From contig NC_043014.1 in the NCBI RefSeq assembly GCF_006345805.1, forward strand, positions 16,988,001 through 17,052,000: 64,000 nucleotides of DNA, written 5' to 3'. Positions 39,556 through 54,332 of the stretch are shown here, one piece after another. A program made the position numbers and the translations under genes. The DNA comes from Octopus sinensis (lineage: Eukaryota). How positions within the stretch are numbered: position 1 is the stretch's first letter; every line of letters begins with the position of its first letter. Under the pieces are notes generated by a model. The model saw nothing but the letters and a program-made list of their open reading frames with translations. It had not been told where the DNA came from and searched no databases.

Positions 39556-39896
39556 CCTAGCCAGAACTGATTTGAGCCACTTCAGGTGGTCCTTGCACAT
39601 ATGAGATTTCTCTCATTCAGATCTCAGTGAGTCAAGTTAAGGCAGACTAAAAATGTCCAAGACAACTGGGTGCAGGGGTTGGAATGGGAGTGAGCGATGC
39701 AAGAATCAAAAGCTTTAATGGAGCTTTGCTCAAAGTTTAACCTCTTTGGTATTTAAATTGGCCACATCCTGCCTCTCATACCTATCCTACAATATCATTC
39801 TAAAACTAAACAATTACACATCATTGAAATCTAAAAGCTATGAGTTAATAAATGATTAATTCAAAACAATGTCAATAAGTAAGCATTACTTTTGAC

Positions 39897-40042
39897 CAGG
39901 GCAGTGGAGTTGGAATCGGTAAAACTACACTGACTCTGACCCACGATGTTTTTATTCTTTATGAGATATGTTAATTAATTACACTTAATTACATAAAGAG
40001 GAGTCAGAGTCAAAGTTTTTTTGTTTCCACTCCACAGCCCTG
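39897..40042. mobile_element. hAT-type MITE nested in a piggyBac-like MITE
   Basis: TIR CAGGGCAGTGGAGT / ACTCCACAGCCCTG with perfect 8-bp TSD CTTTTGAC. Confidence 0.9.
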
Positions 40043-40127
40043 CTTTTGACAGAATAATTTGAATGTTAGAGCTCAAGCAAGTCCTTGAAATTTGATTATC
40101 AATGACCAACAGGAAAAGAAATATCAG

Positions 40128-40342
40128 TAAACCCTTTAGCATTTAAACTGGTCAAAATATTTTACCTGTTTTAGATTCAAACTGGCCAGATCCTACTTCT
40201 CACACCCAGCCTACAATGTTATACTAAAACTAAATCACATCATTGAAATTTCAAAGCTATGAGGTAATATAGGTTTAATTTAAAACAATGTGAATAAATA
40301 AGTATCATATTTGACAGAGTAATCTGTGAATGCTGAACTGTT
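40128..40342. mobile_element. Repeated MITE family (accctttagcatttaaactgg ... gacagagtaatctgaatgc)
   Basis: Related copies near 1250, 29161, 32560, 37215 and 39735. Confidence 0.75.
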
Positions 40343-41920
40343 AATGGTTGTTGATGCTTGTTGAATTCATCTACTCTTGTAGTTTATTTCTTTTCCTTTC
40401 TTCTCTATTTCCAGACTATGTGAGTTTATTTGTCAATGGTCGAACAATGAAGAAGACAGCATTTGCTTATATTTATATTGTAATTACTATATTAACTTTC
40501 CATGTCATATGTTAACAACTGCAAAATAATATTTCATTAGTCAACATGCAAGACTACTACATAGATAAACCAACAAAATAGGAGGATTAGAATTATATAA
40601 GGTCTAACACTTTCATTACTATATTTCTAACCAAAATACACTACTTATGTCTTTCAATTAAATTCTACAATACTGACTGTAGACTGGTTTCACAAAAACA
40701 ACAAAATTTATTTATATATTAACATATTAATATGAATTTTGAAATGCAGTTTGACAAATGGTCCTTGACCTAATTTATTTCATAACTTTTGTCTCAAAGT
40801 AAATCTAATTACAGGTAAATTCAACAAAATCTAAAATTATTTAAATGTTTAATTATCACCACAGAAAAGGAGTTATTAGCTGATATTCTAATGGGCATAC
40901 AATAATTAAAAGTGGTACTCTGCCAATTATGATGACAAGGGTTCCAGTTGATCTGAACAATGGAAGAACCTGCTCATGAAAGTAATGTGCAAGTGGCTGA
41001 GTACTCCACAGACATGTGTACTCTTAACATAGTTCTCAGGGAGATTCAGCACGACACAGAGTGTGATGAGGCTGGGCCTTTGAAATACAGGTACAACAGA
41101 AACAGGAAGAGTGACAGAACGCTGTGGTGAAAGAGTACAGCAAGGTTCACGACCACCCCCTGCCAGAGCCTCATGGATCTTTAGGCGTTTTTGCTCAATA
41201 AACACTCACAACGTCTGGTCTGGGAACTGAAACAGTGATCCTACGACTGCGAGTCAGCTACCCTAACCACTGGGCCATTGCACCTCCACATACAATAATA
41301 TAGAAGAATTGCTCACATTATTGGATTATCTATCAATTTGTAATCCTGATTAGCTTTGTTATGCCCCATAATAATGTTAATAGCAAACATTCTTGGATTT
41401 CCTCTTTGTGTATGTTCTGCATAATGGTTCATGTCTGCAGTAATCAATTCAAACAAAATAAAAGGAAAAAATTTATAAAATCTCCTGGTTTAATATTTTT
41501 GGAAATCATCATTGTTTAACGTCTGCTTTCCATGCTGGCATGGGTTGGACAATTTGACTGAGGTCTGGAGAGCCCATGGCTGCACAAGGCTCCAATCTGA
41601 TCTGCCCTTCCCAACACCAACCACTCTGAGAGTGTATGGGTGCTTTTACATGCCACCGGCACAAGGGCCAGTCAGGCAGTTCTGGTGACAGCCATGCTCA
41701 AATGGTGTTTTTTATGTGCCACTGGCACACGAGCCAATCCAGTGACACCTGGCAATGACCTCACTCAAATGTTGTTTTTCACATGCCAGTAAGGCAACGC
41801 TGGTAATGATCACACTCGAATAGTGCTTTTTATGTACCACAGGCACAGGAGACAGTCAGTGGCAATGATCACACTTGGATGGTGCTTTTAACGTTCCAAT
41901 GGCATGGGTGCCATATATAT

Positions 41921-44400
41921 ATCATCATCATCATCATCGTTTAACGTCCGTTCTCCATGCTAGCATGGGTTGGACGGTTCGACCGGGGATCTGGGAAGCC
42001 AGAAGGCTGCACCAGGCTCCGGTCTTATCTGGCAATGTTTTTACAGCTGGATGCCCTTCCTAACGCCAACCACTCCGTGAGTGTATTGGGTGCTTTTTAC
42101 GTGCCACCTGCACTGGAGCCAGGCCAGGCTGGCATCGGCCACGGTCGGATTGGTGCATTTTACGTGCCACCTGCACAGAAGCTAGTTGAGGCGGCACTGG
42201 CTTCGGCCACGATTCGGATGGTGCTTTTTACGTGCCACCGACACGGACGCCAGTCGAGGCAGCGCTGGCATCGGCCACGATTCGGATAGTGCTTTTTACG
42301 TATCTCCAGTCCAGGGCTCCTGGCATCTGCCAGGTGCCAGTCATAGGATTGGTTCAATTTCGATTCCGATTTCACTTGCCCCAACAGGTCTTCGCAAGCA
42401 AAGTGGGGTAGGCATAGGTGCCTGTCGTTGGATGAGGTTCGATATCGACTTCGCTTGCCTCAACAGGTATTTGTGTGTCCAAGGGAGGAAAGGCATGCAT
42501 AAGTGGGCTGGACTCACTTGTCCTGCCTGGTCTTTTCACGCACAGCATATTTCCAAAGGTCTCGGTCGCAGGTCACTTCCTCAGTGAGACCTAAAGTTCG
42601 AAGGTCGTGCTTCACCACGTCAGCCCAAGTTTTCCTGGGTCTACCTCTTCCACGGGTTCCCTCCACTGCTAGGGATTGGCACTTTTTCACACACCTATCT
42701 TCATCCATTCTCGCCACATGACCATACCAGCACAATCGTCTCTCTTGCACACCACAACTGATGCTCCTTAGGTCCAACATTTCTCTCAGGGTACTAACGC
42801 TCTGTCGAGCATGCACACTGACATTACACATCCATCGGAGCATACTGGCTTCATTTCTCGCGAGCTTACGCATGTCCTCAGCAGTCACGGCCCATGTTTC
42901 ACTGCCATGTAGCATGGCTGTTCGTACACATGCATCATACAGTCTGCCTTTTACTCTGAGCGAGAGGCCTTTAGTCACCAGCAGAGGTAAGAGCTCCCTA
43001 AACTTTGCCCAGGCTATTCTTACTCTATCCGTTACACTTTCACCACACCCACCCCCACTACTGACTTGGTCACCAAGATAACGGAAGCTATCAACTATTT
43101 CTAGTTTTCCCCCCTGGAAAGTGATGGAAGTTGTTTTCTGCAGATTTTCAGAGGTTAATGCTCCTGAGCATCTGTCACATACAAAAACTATCTTCCCAGT
43201 TAGCCTTCCTTTGACATTGCTGCACCTCTTATGTGTCCATAGCTTACACTGGGTACATCTTATAGAGTTTCTACCTACACCTTTTCTACAGATCGAGCAG
43301 GGCCATCTTCCTGAAGACATTTGTGGATTGTCTACCTTCCTACTTATTAGTACTTTGGTTTTAGCTAGGTTGACTCTAAGGCCCCTCGATTCTAGACCCT
43401 CCTTCCACACCTGGAACTTCTCCTCCAGTTCTGATAGTGACTCAGCAATTAGAGCTAGGTCGTCAGCATATAGGAGCTCCCAGGGGCAACCTGTCTTGAA
43501 TTCCTCCGTAATTGCCTGGAGGACTATGATAAATAGGAGGGGGCTGAGTACTGAACCCTGGTGGACCCCAAACTCTACTTTGAATTCTTCTGTGTACATG
43601 TTGCCAACCCTAACCTTACTTACGGCATCCCTGTACATGGTTTGTACAGCCCTCACCAGCCATTTATCTATCCCTAGTTTCCTCATTGACTACCAGATAA
43701 GGGATCGGGGGACCCTGTCAAAGGCTTTCTCCAAGTCAACGAAAGCCAGGTACAGGGGCTTATCTTTGGCTAGGTATTTCTCCTGCAGCTGTCTCACCAG
43801 AAATATGGCATCAGTGGTGCTTTTTCCTGGCATGAAACCAAACTGCACCTCATCCAAGTTGACTCTCTCCCTAATCAGTTGGGCTATGACCCTCTCTGTA
43901 ACCTTCATTACCTGATCCAACAGCTTGATACCTCTGTACTTATTTGTATCTAGGGCGTCTCTTTTACCTTTGTAGCAGTTGACTAGTATGCTAGTACACC
44001 AGTCATTGGGTATGACTCCTTCGTGTATCACCTGGTTAACTATACGGGTGACTAGGTTATAGCTGACACTGCCAGATATTTTGAGCATCTCTGCAGTAAT
44101 TCCTGATGGGCCTGGGGCTTTCCCTGTCTTCATGCTTGTAATTGCCTTAACTACCTTGGAACTGTCAACTTGGACGGCTGGTCCCTCTATTGGGTTGACA
44201 TTTGGCAGACTCTCTTTATCCCATTCATTTTCTTTATTCAGCAACCTTTCATAGTGGTATCTCCAAACCTCTCTCTTTGCATCCTCATTTAGCGCAAGTG
44301 AACCATCATCCATGCGAACACATTTCTCTCCTACCACATCACGATTCTCTCTCACACACTGCCTTGCAACACGAAATACCTCAAGTCTTTCATCCTCACG
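41921..44400 (-). mobile_element. 5'-truncated young RTE LINE, RT intact except one TAG
   Basis: ORFs 43690-44427 and 42514-43686 are in the same frame, separated by TAG (43692-43690) where other copies have TGG. (TA)n on both flanks. Confidence 0.97.
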
Positions 44401-45060
44401 GATATATATATATATATATATCAACAAGGATATATACCACTACAGATTTTTCCATTGTAGTCTTTAAGTTTATTGCTAGAATCAGCAACTGTTTTTAAAT
44501 TTTTTTTTTTTATTAACCTCCAAAGGATGAAAAATTAGCAAGAGAAGCAGTTTCCAGTCTTATACCATCTAGGGTATGAATTTATTTTCCTTGTTGCTAC
44601 AGGAGCTTTTGGAAATCAAAACAATCCAATATATAGTCACACAGGTGATTTTTATATTTGCTGTATATTTTGCTAGATTTTTCCAGGTCTTCTGAGAATC
44701 CTTAAAATTCAGATTTACTGCTAAGCAAAATGAAATTGGTGTCCTTTTCTAATCCACAATAAAATATTTCAGAAAATCAATGTGAAAAAAAAATTTGCAA
44801 AAACTGTTGGAGACTGTAACTGAGTTGTTTATGTGGTGAAATTATACATTTTCACAAGAATACTAATGATATTAGTACTGAGATTTCCACTTAAAGTTTT
44901 GGGCAATTGGTAACAAAATGGAACAAGAAAATTAGAGGGAATCATTTTTTGTCACAACTGATGTGAGGATGAAAGCTGAAGCTTTAATACTTTGTAAACT
45001 GTGTATGTATGCATGTACATGAATAAAATACAATAAAAGAATACAATAAAATATAACAAC

Positions 45061-45449
45061 AGGAGTGGCTCTGTGGTTAGTAGCTTGCTAACCAACCACA
45101 TGGTTCTGGGTTCAGTCCCACTGCGTGGCATCTTGGGCAAGTATCTTCTGCTATAGCTCCGGGCCGACCAATGCCTTGTGAGTGGATTTGGTAGACGGAA
45201 ACTGAAAGAAGCCTGTCGTATATATGTATATATATATATGTGTGTATGTGTATGTGTCTGTGTTTCTCCCCCTAGCATTGCTTGACAACCGATACTGGTG
45301 TGTTTACGTCCCCGTCACTTAGCGGTTCGGCAAAAGAGACCGATAGAATAAGTACTGGGCTTACAAAGAATAAGTCCCGGGGTGGATTTGCTTGACTAAA
45401 GGCGGTGCTCCAGCATGGCTGCAGTCAAATGACTGAAACAAGTAAAAGA
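45061..45449 (+). mobile_element. SINE family A, near-consensus copy
   Basis: Full head-core-tail as at 7332. Another copy at 56575-56897 lies in the PPP1R15-like intron. Confidence 0.92.
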
Positions 45450-45450
45450 G

Positions 45451-45482
<32 letters not shown>

Positions 45483-46120
45483 AGCGTCTGTGTGTGTGTG
45501 TTTGTGTAGCATCGATAAGTAGGTAGATATGAATGTGCATTACTCGTTTTGATATAGCTCCAGAAATTATATGACTTCTTCACGGTGTAAATATTTTGTT
45601 TACTGCCAGCCAATGAAAATGATATTGGAGGTTGTGATACTGTCGTCTGCTTTGAAGTTTTGAAGAAAGAATTCAATTTCTCCGGGGCAATGTCGCGAGA
45701 CGGGCAATTATATACTCATAGTCTCTTACACACACAGACACGTACACACACACACACCTACATGTGAATAGGTATTTGTTGGCGAATGTATATTTATGCA
45801 CATATGAGCTTGCGCGTTCATCTATGTTTATCTGTGACTGTATTCACGCACAATATGCGTAAGAAAAAAAATACATATATACACACATATGTATACATTC
45901 ATAATCATGGACGTGTTCATAACGTACACACACACTTATACACGCACGCACACACACACACATATATAAATATAAATATAGGTAGATAGCTAAATGATAG
46001 ATGAGTAGAGATAGACAGACAGGTGGATAGATAAATAGATACATAAATATATACTGATACAGACGTAGACATGTGTGTGTATATATATGTGTATATATGT
46101 ATATATTAATTAAAATAAAT

Positions 46121-46369
46121 GGTTAATTGCAACAAGTTGCTCAAAACCACATACCGAACATATTAGAAATAGCAGCCAAATTGATCACTATTTCTCCTAC
46201 TATTAAAAAAAAAATTTTTTTTTAAGTCTCCACAAACAAACAGAATTTGTAACCTGTATATGGTAAAAAGAAAGAAAATAACGAAATCCCTAGGAGAAAT
46301 AGTGATCAATTTGGCTGCTATTTCTAACATTTTCGGTATGTGGTTTTGAGCAACTTGTTGCAATTAACC
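46121..46369. mobile_element. MITE with about 80-bp TIRs
   Basis: ggttaattgcaacaagttgctcaaaaccacataccgaa...tttctccta and its inverse. Confidence 0.85.
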
Positions 46370-46489
46370 CTTTATTATAATTAATATAATCCTTACCAAA
46401 TATGATCTTATCCATACCGATACATCTACTAGGTGAAATTTATAAATTTTATTAAATTAATTATATTTCACCCTTTTTTTGTATATATA

Positions 46490-46532
<43 letters not shown>

Positions 46533-46615
46533 CGTCCCGGGTTGATTTGGGGTTAACCACAGTAAATAAGGTACTCAATACATAGCAGAGTAAAATTAAT
46601 TTATTATATAGAAAG

Positions 46616-46666
46616 AGCTTCTACAGGACTAGAACTGTTTCATTCAAGAGAAATCTTCAGGAAGCT
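46616..46666 (-). ncRNA. Type I hammerhead ribozyme fold, inverted copy
   Basis: Same 51-nt sequence as 54930-54980 on the opposite strand. Confidence 0.7.
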
Positions 46667-46936
46667 AGTTAACAAGAATTGTATTGGCATTTATACATTT
46701 AGGCAGGTTTAAAGGGGTGGTGGTTGGGGACTTTTTGGGGGTAGGCATAGCGCAAAATATCATACTTGGGGGAGTGGTCAAGGAGTCAGTGGTAAATTAG
46801 ATAGAAGAATAAATAAAAGAATAAAAAAATATATAAAAGAATCGAGTTTTAGGTAAATAAGGAGATTCTCACTTATACCTATACACATATGTATACATAT
46901 ATACACACACACACACATATACATACACACATACAT

Positions 46937-46991
<55 letters not shown>

Positions 46992-47277
46992 CACATACAT
47001 ACATATATCTACACATATATATACATATATATATATATCTATATATACACACATACATATATATACATATATATATACACACACACGCACATATGGATAC
47101 ACATATACACACACACATGTATATATACACACACGACCACACATTCATATACACACATAAAAATATATACATACACACACATACACATACACGCACACAC
47201 ACACATATCCACATACACACATGCACACACAACACACAAGTCCCTATATACACATATATACACATACACACATATAC

Positions 47278-47327
<50 letters not shown>

Positions 47328-47713
47328 ACCTATACATACCTACACATACACACATTTACATACATATACAGACCCATTCCCTAATTTTAATTTTATTATC
47401 TTCATTTATTACTTTTGTTATCTTTGACCGCTGGTCACAAGCATCTTGGCTATGACAGCAAGTCCATTTATCTTTCTACTTGAAAACAAGCACTCATTCA
47501 CGCACGCACACTCACTCATTCATACACTCATACGCATACACGCATGCACGCGTTATATTCATACATACATACATCTACATACATTCACGTATATACACAT
47601 ACGTACACGTACCTACAGATTCATGTCTACACTCTTAGAAGGCTAGTCTATACATATACACCAATAAATATATATACACACATACATATACAACTACATA
47701 CAAATACATACAT

Positions 47714-47747
<34 letters not shown>

Positions 47748-47953
47748 ATGTATATATATATACATATACATATATATATGTATATATATATACATATACA
47801 TATACATACATATATACACGCATACATACATACATACATACATCCATACATACATACATATATACACATACACACACCCACACGTATACATATACATACA
47901 TATATATACGCGCATGCATACACATACAAATACATACACATACACATATACAT

Positions 47954-47998
<45 letters not shown>

Positions 47999-48432
47999 CA
48001 CATACATACATATACATACATACATATACAAATATACACACACACATACTTACGCATATACACATACACGCACATACACATGTACATGCGTACCCATACA
48101 CACACACACACACACGCATCCATATATACACATAAGTACACACATGCGTAAAAGTATACATATATTTCTATGCTTACACATACACACACACACGCGCGCC
48201 TCCTTATATTCATACTTACATGCATACTCAAAAAATAAATAATAAAGTATATATACGCGCAGTTATTCATACATGCATACTCAAAAAATAAATAATAAAT
48301 ATTAAGTATATGTACGTGCAGTTACCCATTATACAGACGGATACATACATATAAACTTACGCACATATATATATACGTTTAAATATTTGTTGTGCAAGAT
48401 TTTTTATGTGAAGTCGTGTGTTGAAACAGATA

Positions 48433-50209
48433 TTGTTATATTTCGGAATGGTCATATTGCCAGTTTAGCCAATAAAAACACACGCACTATATATTTGGTG
48501 TTATTTTGCTTCAGTGATATTTATGTTTTACATTAATCTTAATCTTATTTCGGCCAAAGTTCTTTCGTCACACTCCTGTGACCGCATCAGTGGTCCTTTG
48601 TTTTCTTCTCACTTACTTGTGTCTCTCCTTACTAACCGTCAGCCATTTTGTATTTCTATTGTATGTCTTCATTTGCGCATGCTTATATCTCTATGTGCGT
48701 CTATGTTTATTTAGTGTGTGTGTGGGTGGATGCCTGTAATATTTGTATCTTCTGGTTATATACATTCTTGTAATTTGTATTTTGTTTTTGTTGTTGTTGC
48801 TTTTGTTCTAATTTTGTTCATGTGTTTACATCCACCCATTATTATCATTACATATGCTTGTATGTATGTATAACAACAATATTAGTAATAATAATAATAA
48901 ATCTAATCGAAAAAAAACAAAAAAAAAAGAATATACATATACATATATATACATACATATACATATACATATATATATATATACATATATACACACATAT
49001 ATACACATATACATATACATATATATACACATACACATATATATAGACATTCATTTCTATTTCTTTAATTACCTGTGTATTTATTATGTTTGCAGGATCC
49101 ACTATTGTCATATGTTGTGGTGTGCGCTATTGCTCCATTCTAGTTTTCTATTCAGGCTAGGTTTATTTTCTATTATATGTGTAGCTTCTGTAATTTGTCT
49201 AATTGTTGCATCTGTTCTATGTGTGGACAATATCTTAATCTCTATGTTATTGATTGATCCCCCGTGTTCTTGTTCGGCGTGTTGGTACAGAATCGATGAG
49301 CTTTTACCTTCCTTGAGTTGTCTCCAATGTTCATTCACCCGCTCACCAATGCTTCTTGCAGTTTCCCCTACGTATGTTACTGTCTTGTTACTGCATCAAT
49401 AACATAGAGATTAAGATATTGTCCACACATAGAACAGATGCAACAATTAGACAAATTACAGAAGCTACACATATAATAGAAAATAAACCTAGCCTGAATA
49501 GAAAACTAGAATGGAGCAATAGAGCACACCACAACATATGACAATAGTGGATCCTGCAAACATAATAAATACACAGGTAATTAAAGAAATAGAAATGAAT
49601 ATCTATATATATGTGTATGTGTATATATATGTATATGTATATGTGTATATATGTGTGTATATATGTATATATATATATATATATATGTATATGTATGTAT
49701 ATATATGTATATGTATATTCTTTTTTTTTTTTCGATTAGATTTATTATTATAATTACAAATATTGTTGTTATACATACATACAAGCATATGTAATGATAA
49801 TAATGGGTGGATGTAAACACATGAACAAAATTAGAACAAAAGCAACAACAACAAAAACAAAATGCAAATTACAAGAATGTATATAACCAGAAGATACAAA
49901 TGTTACAGGCATCCACCCCACACACACACTAAATAAACATAGACGCACATAGAGATATAAGCATGCGCAAATGAAGACATACAATAGAAATACAAAATGG
50001 CTGACGGTTAGTAAGGAGAGATATAAGTAAGTGAGAAGAAAACAAAGGACCACTGATGCGGTCACAGGAGTGTGACGAAAGAACTTTAGCAGAAATAAGA
50101 TTACGATTAATGTAAAAAATAAATATCACTGAAGCAAAATAACACCAAATATATAGTGCGTGTGTTTTTATTGGCTAAACTGGCAATATGACCATTCCGA
50201 AATATAACA
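48433..50209. mobile_element. Head-to-head inverted duplicate of a Penelope-like 3' end (GIY-YIG tail)
   Basis: Arms 48433-49254 and 49395-50209. Peptide [24 protein letters not shown]...KILSTH...[18 protein letters not shown]. Confidence 0.8.
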
Positions 50210-50211
50210 AC

Positions 50212-50267
<56 letters not shown>

Positions 50268-50439
50268 CCTACACATATGTACATATACATACACACATAC
50301 ATAACTCTACGTACCTACATATACATAAACACACGAGCGTACACGTATATGTACATATACACATACACATACACACACATATATATACATACATACATAT
50401 ACATACACACATATATACATATATATATATATAAATCCA

Positions 50440-50494
<55 letters not shown>

Positions 50495-50659
50495 CATATA
50501 CATACAAACACATACACATACACACACATATATATATACACATATACACACATACACATACACATATACATATACATACATATACACATACATACATACA
50601 CATACATATACATATACACAAATACACACACACACACATATATACACACACACACATAC

Positions 50660-50705
<46 letters not shown>

Positions 50706-50935
50706 GTGTGCAAACATACATACATACTCATACACACACACACACTTACATATACATATATACACACACTTACACACATATATATACATACATATATACA
50801 TACATACACACATACATGTATACATATATATATTCACACATACACATATATACATATATATACACATATATATACACTTACACATACATATACATATATA
50901 TATACATACATACATATACATATACACATACATAT

Positions 50936-50972
<37 letters not shown>

Positions 50973-51638
50973 CCCACACCTACACATATACATACACATA
51001 CATATATACAAACATATACACACATACACACACAGACACATATATATACCTACATACACATACACATACATATATATATATATACATATACATACATATA
51101 CACATGCACATACGTATAATTCTATATACCCACATATACATATATATATATGTATATATACACACATACGTATACATATATATATGTATATATACACACA
51201 CATATATATCCATCTACAATCTGTATATACTCACACATACATGCACATACACATAACTCTACATACCTACATATACATCGACATACTCGCGTACACTTAT
51301 ATATATATATATATACATACATATACATATATATATACATACATATAAATACATATATACACATATATATATATGTATGTGTATGTGTGTGTGTGTATAT
51401 ATATGTATATATATGTGTGTTTGTATATATGTATTTATATGTATGTATATATATATGTATATGTATGAGTGTGTGTATATGTATGTATATATACATATAT
51501 ATAAGTGTACGCGAGTATGTCGATGTATATGTAGGTAAGTAGAGTTATGTGTATGTGCATGTATGTGTGTGTATATACAGATTGTAGATGGGTATATATA
51601 TATGTGTGTGTATATATACATATATATATGTATATGTA

Positions 51639-51685
<47 letters not shown>

Positions 51686-52105
51686 GTGGGTATGTAGAAT
51701 TATACGTATGTGCATGTGTATATGTATGTATATGCATATATATATATATGTATGTGTATGTGTATGTAGGTATATATATGTGTGTGTGTGTGTATGTGTG
51801 TATATGTTTGTATATATGTATGTGTATGTATATGTATAGGTGTGGGTATATATATATATATATGTGTGTGTGTATATGTAAGTGTATATGTATATGTATG
51901 TATGTATGTATATATATATATGTATATGTATGTGTAAGTGTATATATATGTGTATATATATGTATATATGTGTATGTGTGAATATATATATGTATACATG
52001 TATGTGTGTATGTATGTATGTATATATGTATGTATATATATGTGTGTAAGTGTGTGTATATATGTATATGTGTGTGTGTGTATGAGTATGTATGTATGTT
52101 TGCAC

Positions 52106-52141
<36 letters not shown>

Positions 52142-52234
52142 GTATGTGTGTGTCTGTATATATGTATGTGTGTGTATGTGTGTATATGTATATGTATGTG
52201 TATGTATGTATGTGTATATGTATGTATATATATA

Positions 52235-52319
<85 letters not shown>

Positions 52320-52320
52320 A

Positions 52321-52945
52321 TCATCATCATCATCATCATCATTTAACGTCCGCTTTCCATGCTAGCATGGGTTGGACGGTTCAACTGGGGTCTGGGGAGC
52401 CCGAAAGCTGCACCAGTCCAGTCAGATCTGGCAGTGTTTCTACAGTGGATGCCCTTCCTAACGCCAACCACTCCGAGAGTGTAGTGGGTGATTTTATGTG
52501 CCACCGACACAGGTGCCAGACGAGGCTGGCAAACGGCCACGCTCGGATGGTGTTTTTTATGTGCCACCGACACAGGTGCCAGACGAGGCTGGCAGACGGC
52601 CACGCTCGGATGGTGTTTTTTATGTGCCACACGACACAGGTGCCAGACGAGGCTGGCAGACGGCCACGCTCGGATGGTGTTTTTTATGTGCCACCGACAC
52701 AGGTGCCAGACGAGGCTGGCAGACGGCCACGCTCGGATGGTGTTTTTATGTGCCACCGACACAGGTGCCAGATGAGGCTGGCAAACGGCCACGATCGGAT
52801 GGTGCTTGTTACGTGCCCACAGCACGGAGGCCAGTCGATGCGGTACTGGCTACGGCCACGTTCGGATGGTTTTCTTATGTGCCACGTGCCACCGGCACTG
52901 GTACCACAAAGATACAAATTCCATTGATGTTCATCTATTTTGATT
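52321..52945 (-). mobile_element. RTE 3'-UTR insertion in one palindrome arm only
   Basis: Near-identical to 21790-22252 but with extra units of about 61 nt. Absent from the mirror arm. Confidence 0.9.
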
Positions 52946-52972
52946 TATATATATATGTATATATATATATAT

Positions 52973-53022
<50 letters not shown>

Positions 53023-53060
53023 ATGTGTATGTGTGTGTATATATATGTATGTATATGTGT

Positions 53061-53111
<51 letters not shown>

Positions 53112-53283
53112 TATATGGATATATATATATGTATATATATGTGTGTATGTATATGTATGTATGTATATATATGTGTGTGTATGTGTATGTGTATATGTAC
53201 ATATACGTGTACGCTCGTGTGTTTATGTACATGTAGGTACGTAGAGTTATGTATGTGTGTATCTATATGTACATATGTGTAGG

Positions 53284-53332
<49 letters not shown>

Positions 53333-53710
53333 TATATAATGTGCGTAAGTTTATATGTATGTATCCGTCTGTATAATGGGTAACTGCACGTACATATACT
53401 TAATATTTATTATTTATTTTTTGAGTATGCATGTATGAATAACTGCGCGTATATATACTTTATTATTTATTTTTTGAGTATGCATCTAAGTATGAATATA
53501 AGGAGGCGCGTGTGTGTGTGTGTATGTGTAAGCATAGAGATATATGTATACTTTTACGCATGTGTGTACTTATGTGTATATATGGATGCGCGTGTGTGTG
53601 TGTGTATGGGTACGCATGTACATGTGTATGTGCGTGTATGTGTATATACGTAAGTATGTGTGTGTGTATATTTGTATATGTATGTATGTATATGTATGTA
53701 TGTGTATATG

Positions 53711-53745
<35 letters not shown>

Positions 53746-53832
53746 ATGTATATGTGTATGTGTATGTATTTGTATGTGTATGCATGCGCGTATATATATG
53801 TATGTATGTATGTATGCGTGTATATATGTATG

Positions 53833-53903
<71 letters not shown>

Positions 53904-54289
53904 ATGTATGTATTTGTATGTAGGTGTATATGTATGTGTGTATATATATTTATTGGTGTATATGTATAGACTAGCCTTCTAAGAGTGTAGACATGAATCT
54001 GTAGGTACGCGTACGTATGTGTATATACGTGAATGTATGTAGATGTATGTATGTATGAATATAACGCGTGCGTGCGTGTATGCGTATGAGTGTACGAATG
54101 AGTGAGTGTGCGTGCGTGAATGCGTGCTTGTTTTCAAGTAGAAAGATAAATGGACTTGCTGTCATAGCCAAGATGCTTGTGACCAGCGCTCAAAGATAAC
54201 AAAAGTAATAAATGAAGATAATAAAATTAAAATTAGGGAATGGGTCTGTATTTGTATGTAAATGTGTGTATGTGTAGGTATGTATAGGT

Positions 54290-54332
<43 letters not shown>

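Noticed and set aside
40345-40415. EERKRNKLQE* resembling KIF4 SERRRKRLQEL
   Set aside because: Purine-rich coincidence is likely: a stop follows immediately, there is no downstream similarity, and splice phases do not fit.
45691-45700. TGTCGCGAGA motif in a small CpG patch as a promoter
   Set aside because: A single motif defined in vertebrates, with no linked coding exon identified.
48556-50090. Second hammerhead-like pair (CTGATGCG-GTCAC..GTGAC-GAAA) in the B arms
   Set aside because: A9 is replaced by C, and stems I and III are disrupted. At most a dead remnant.
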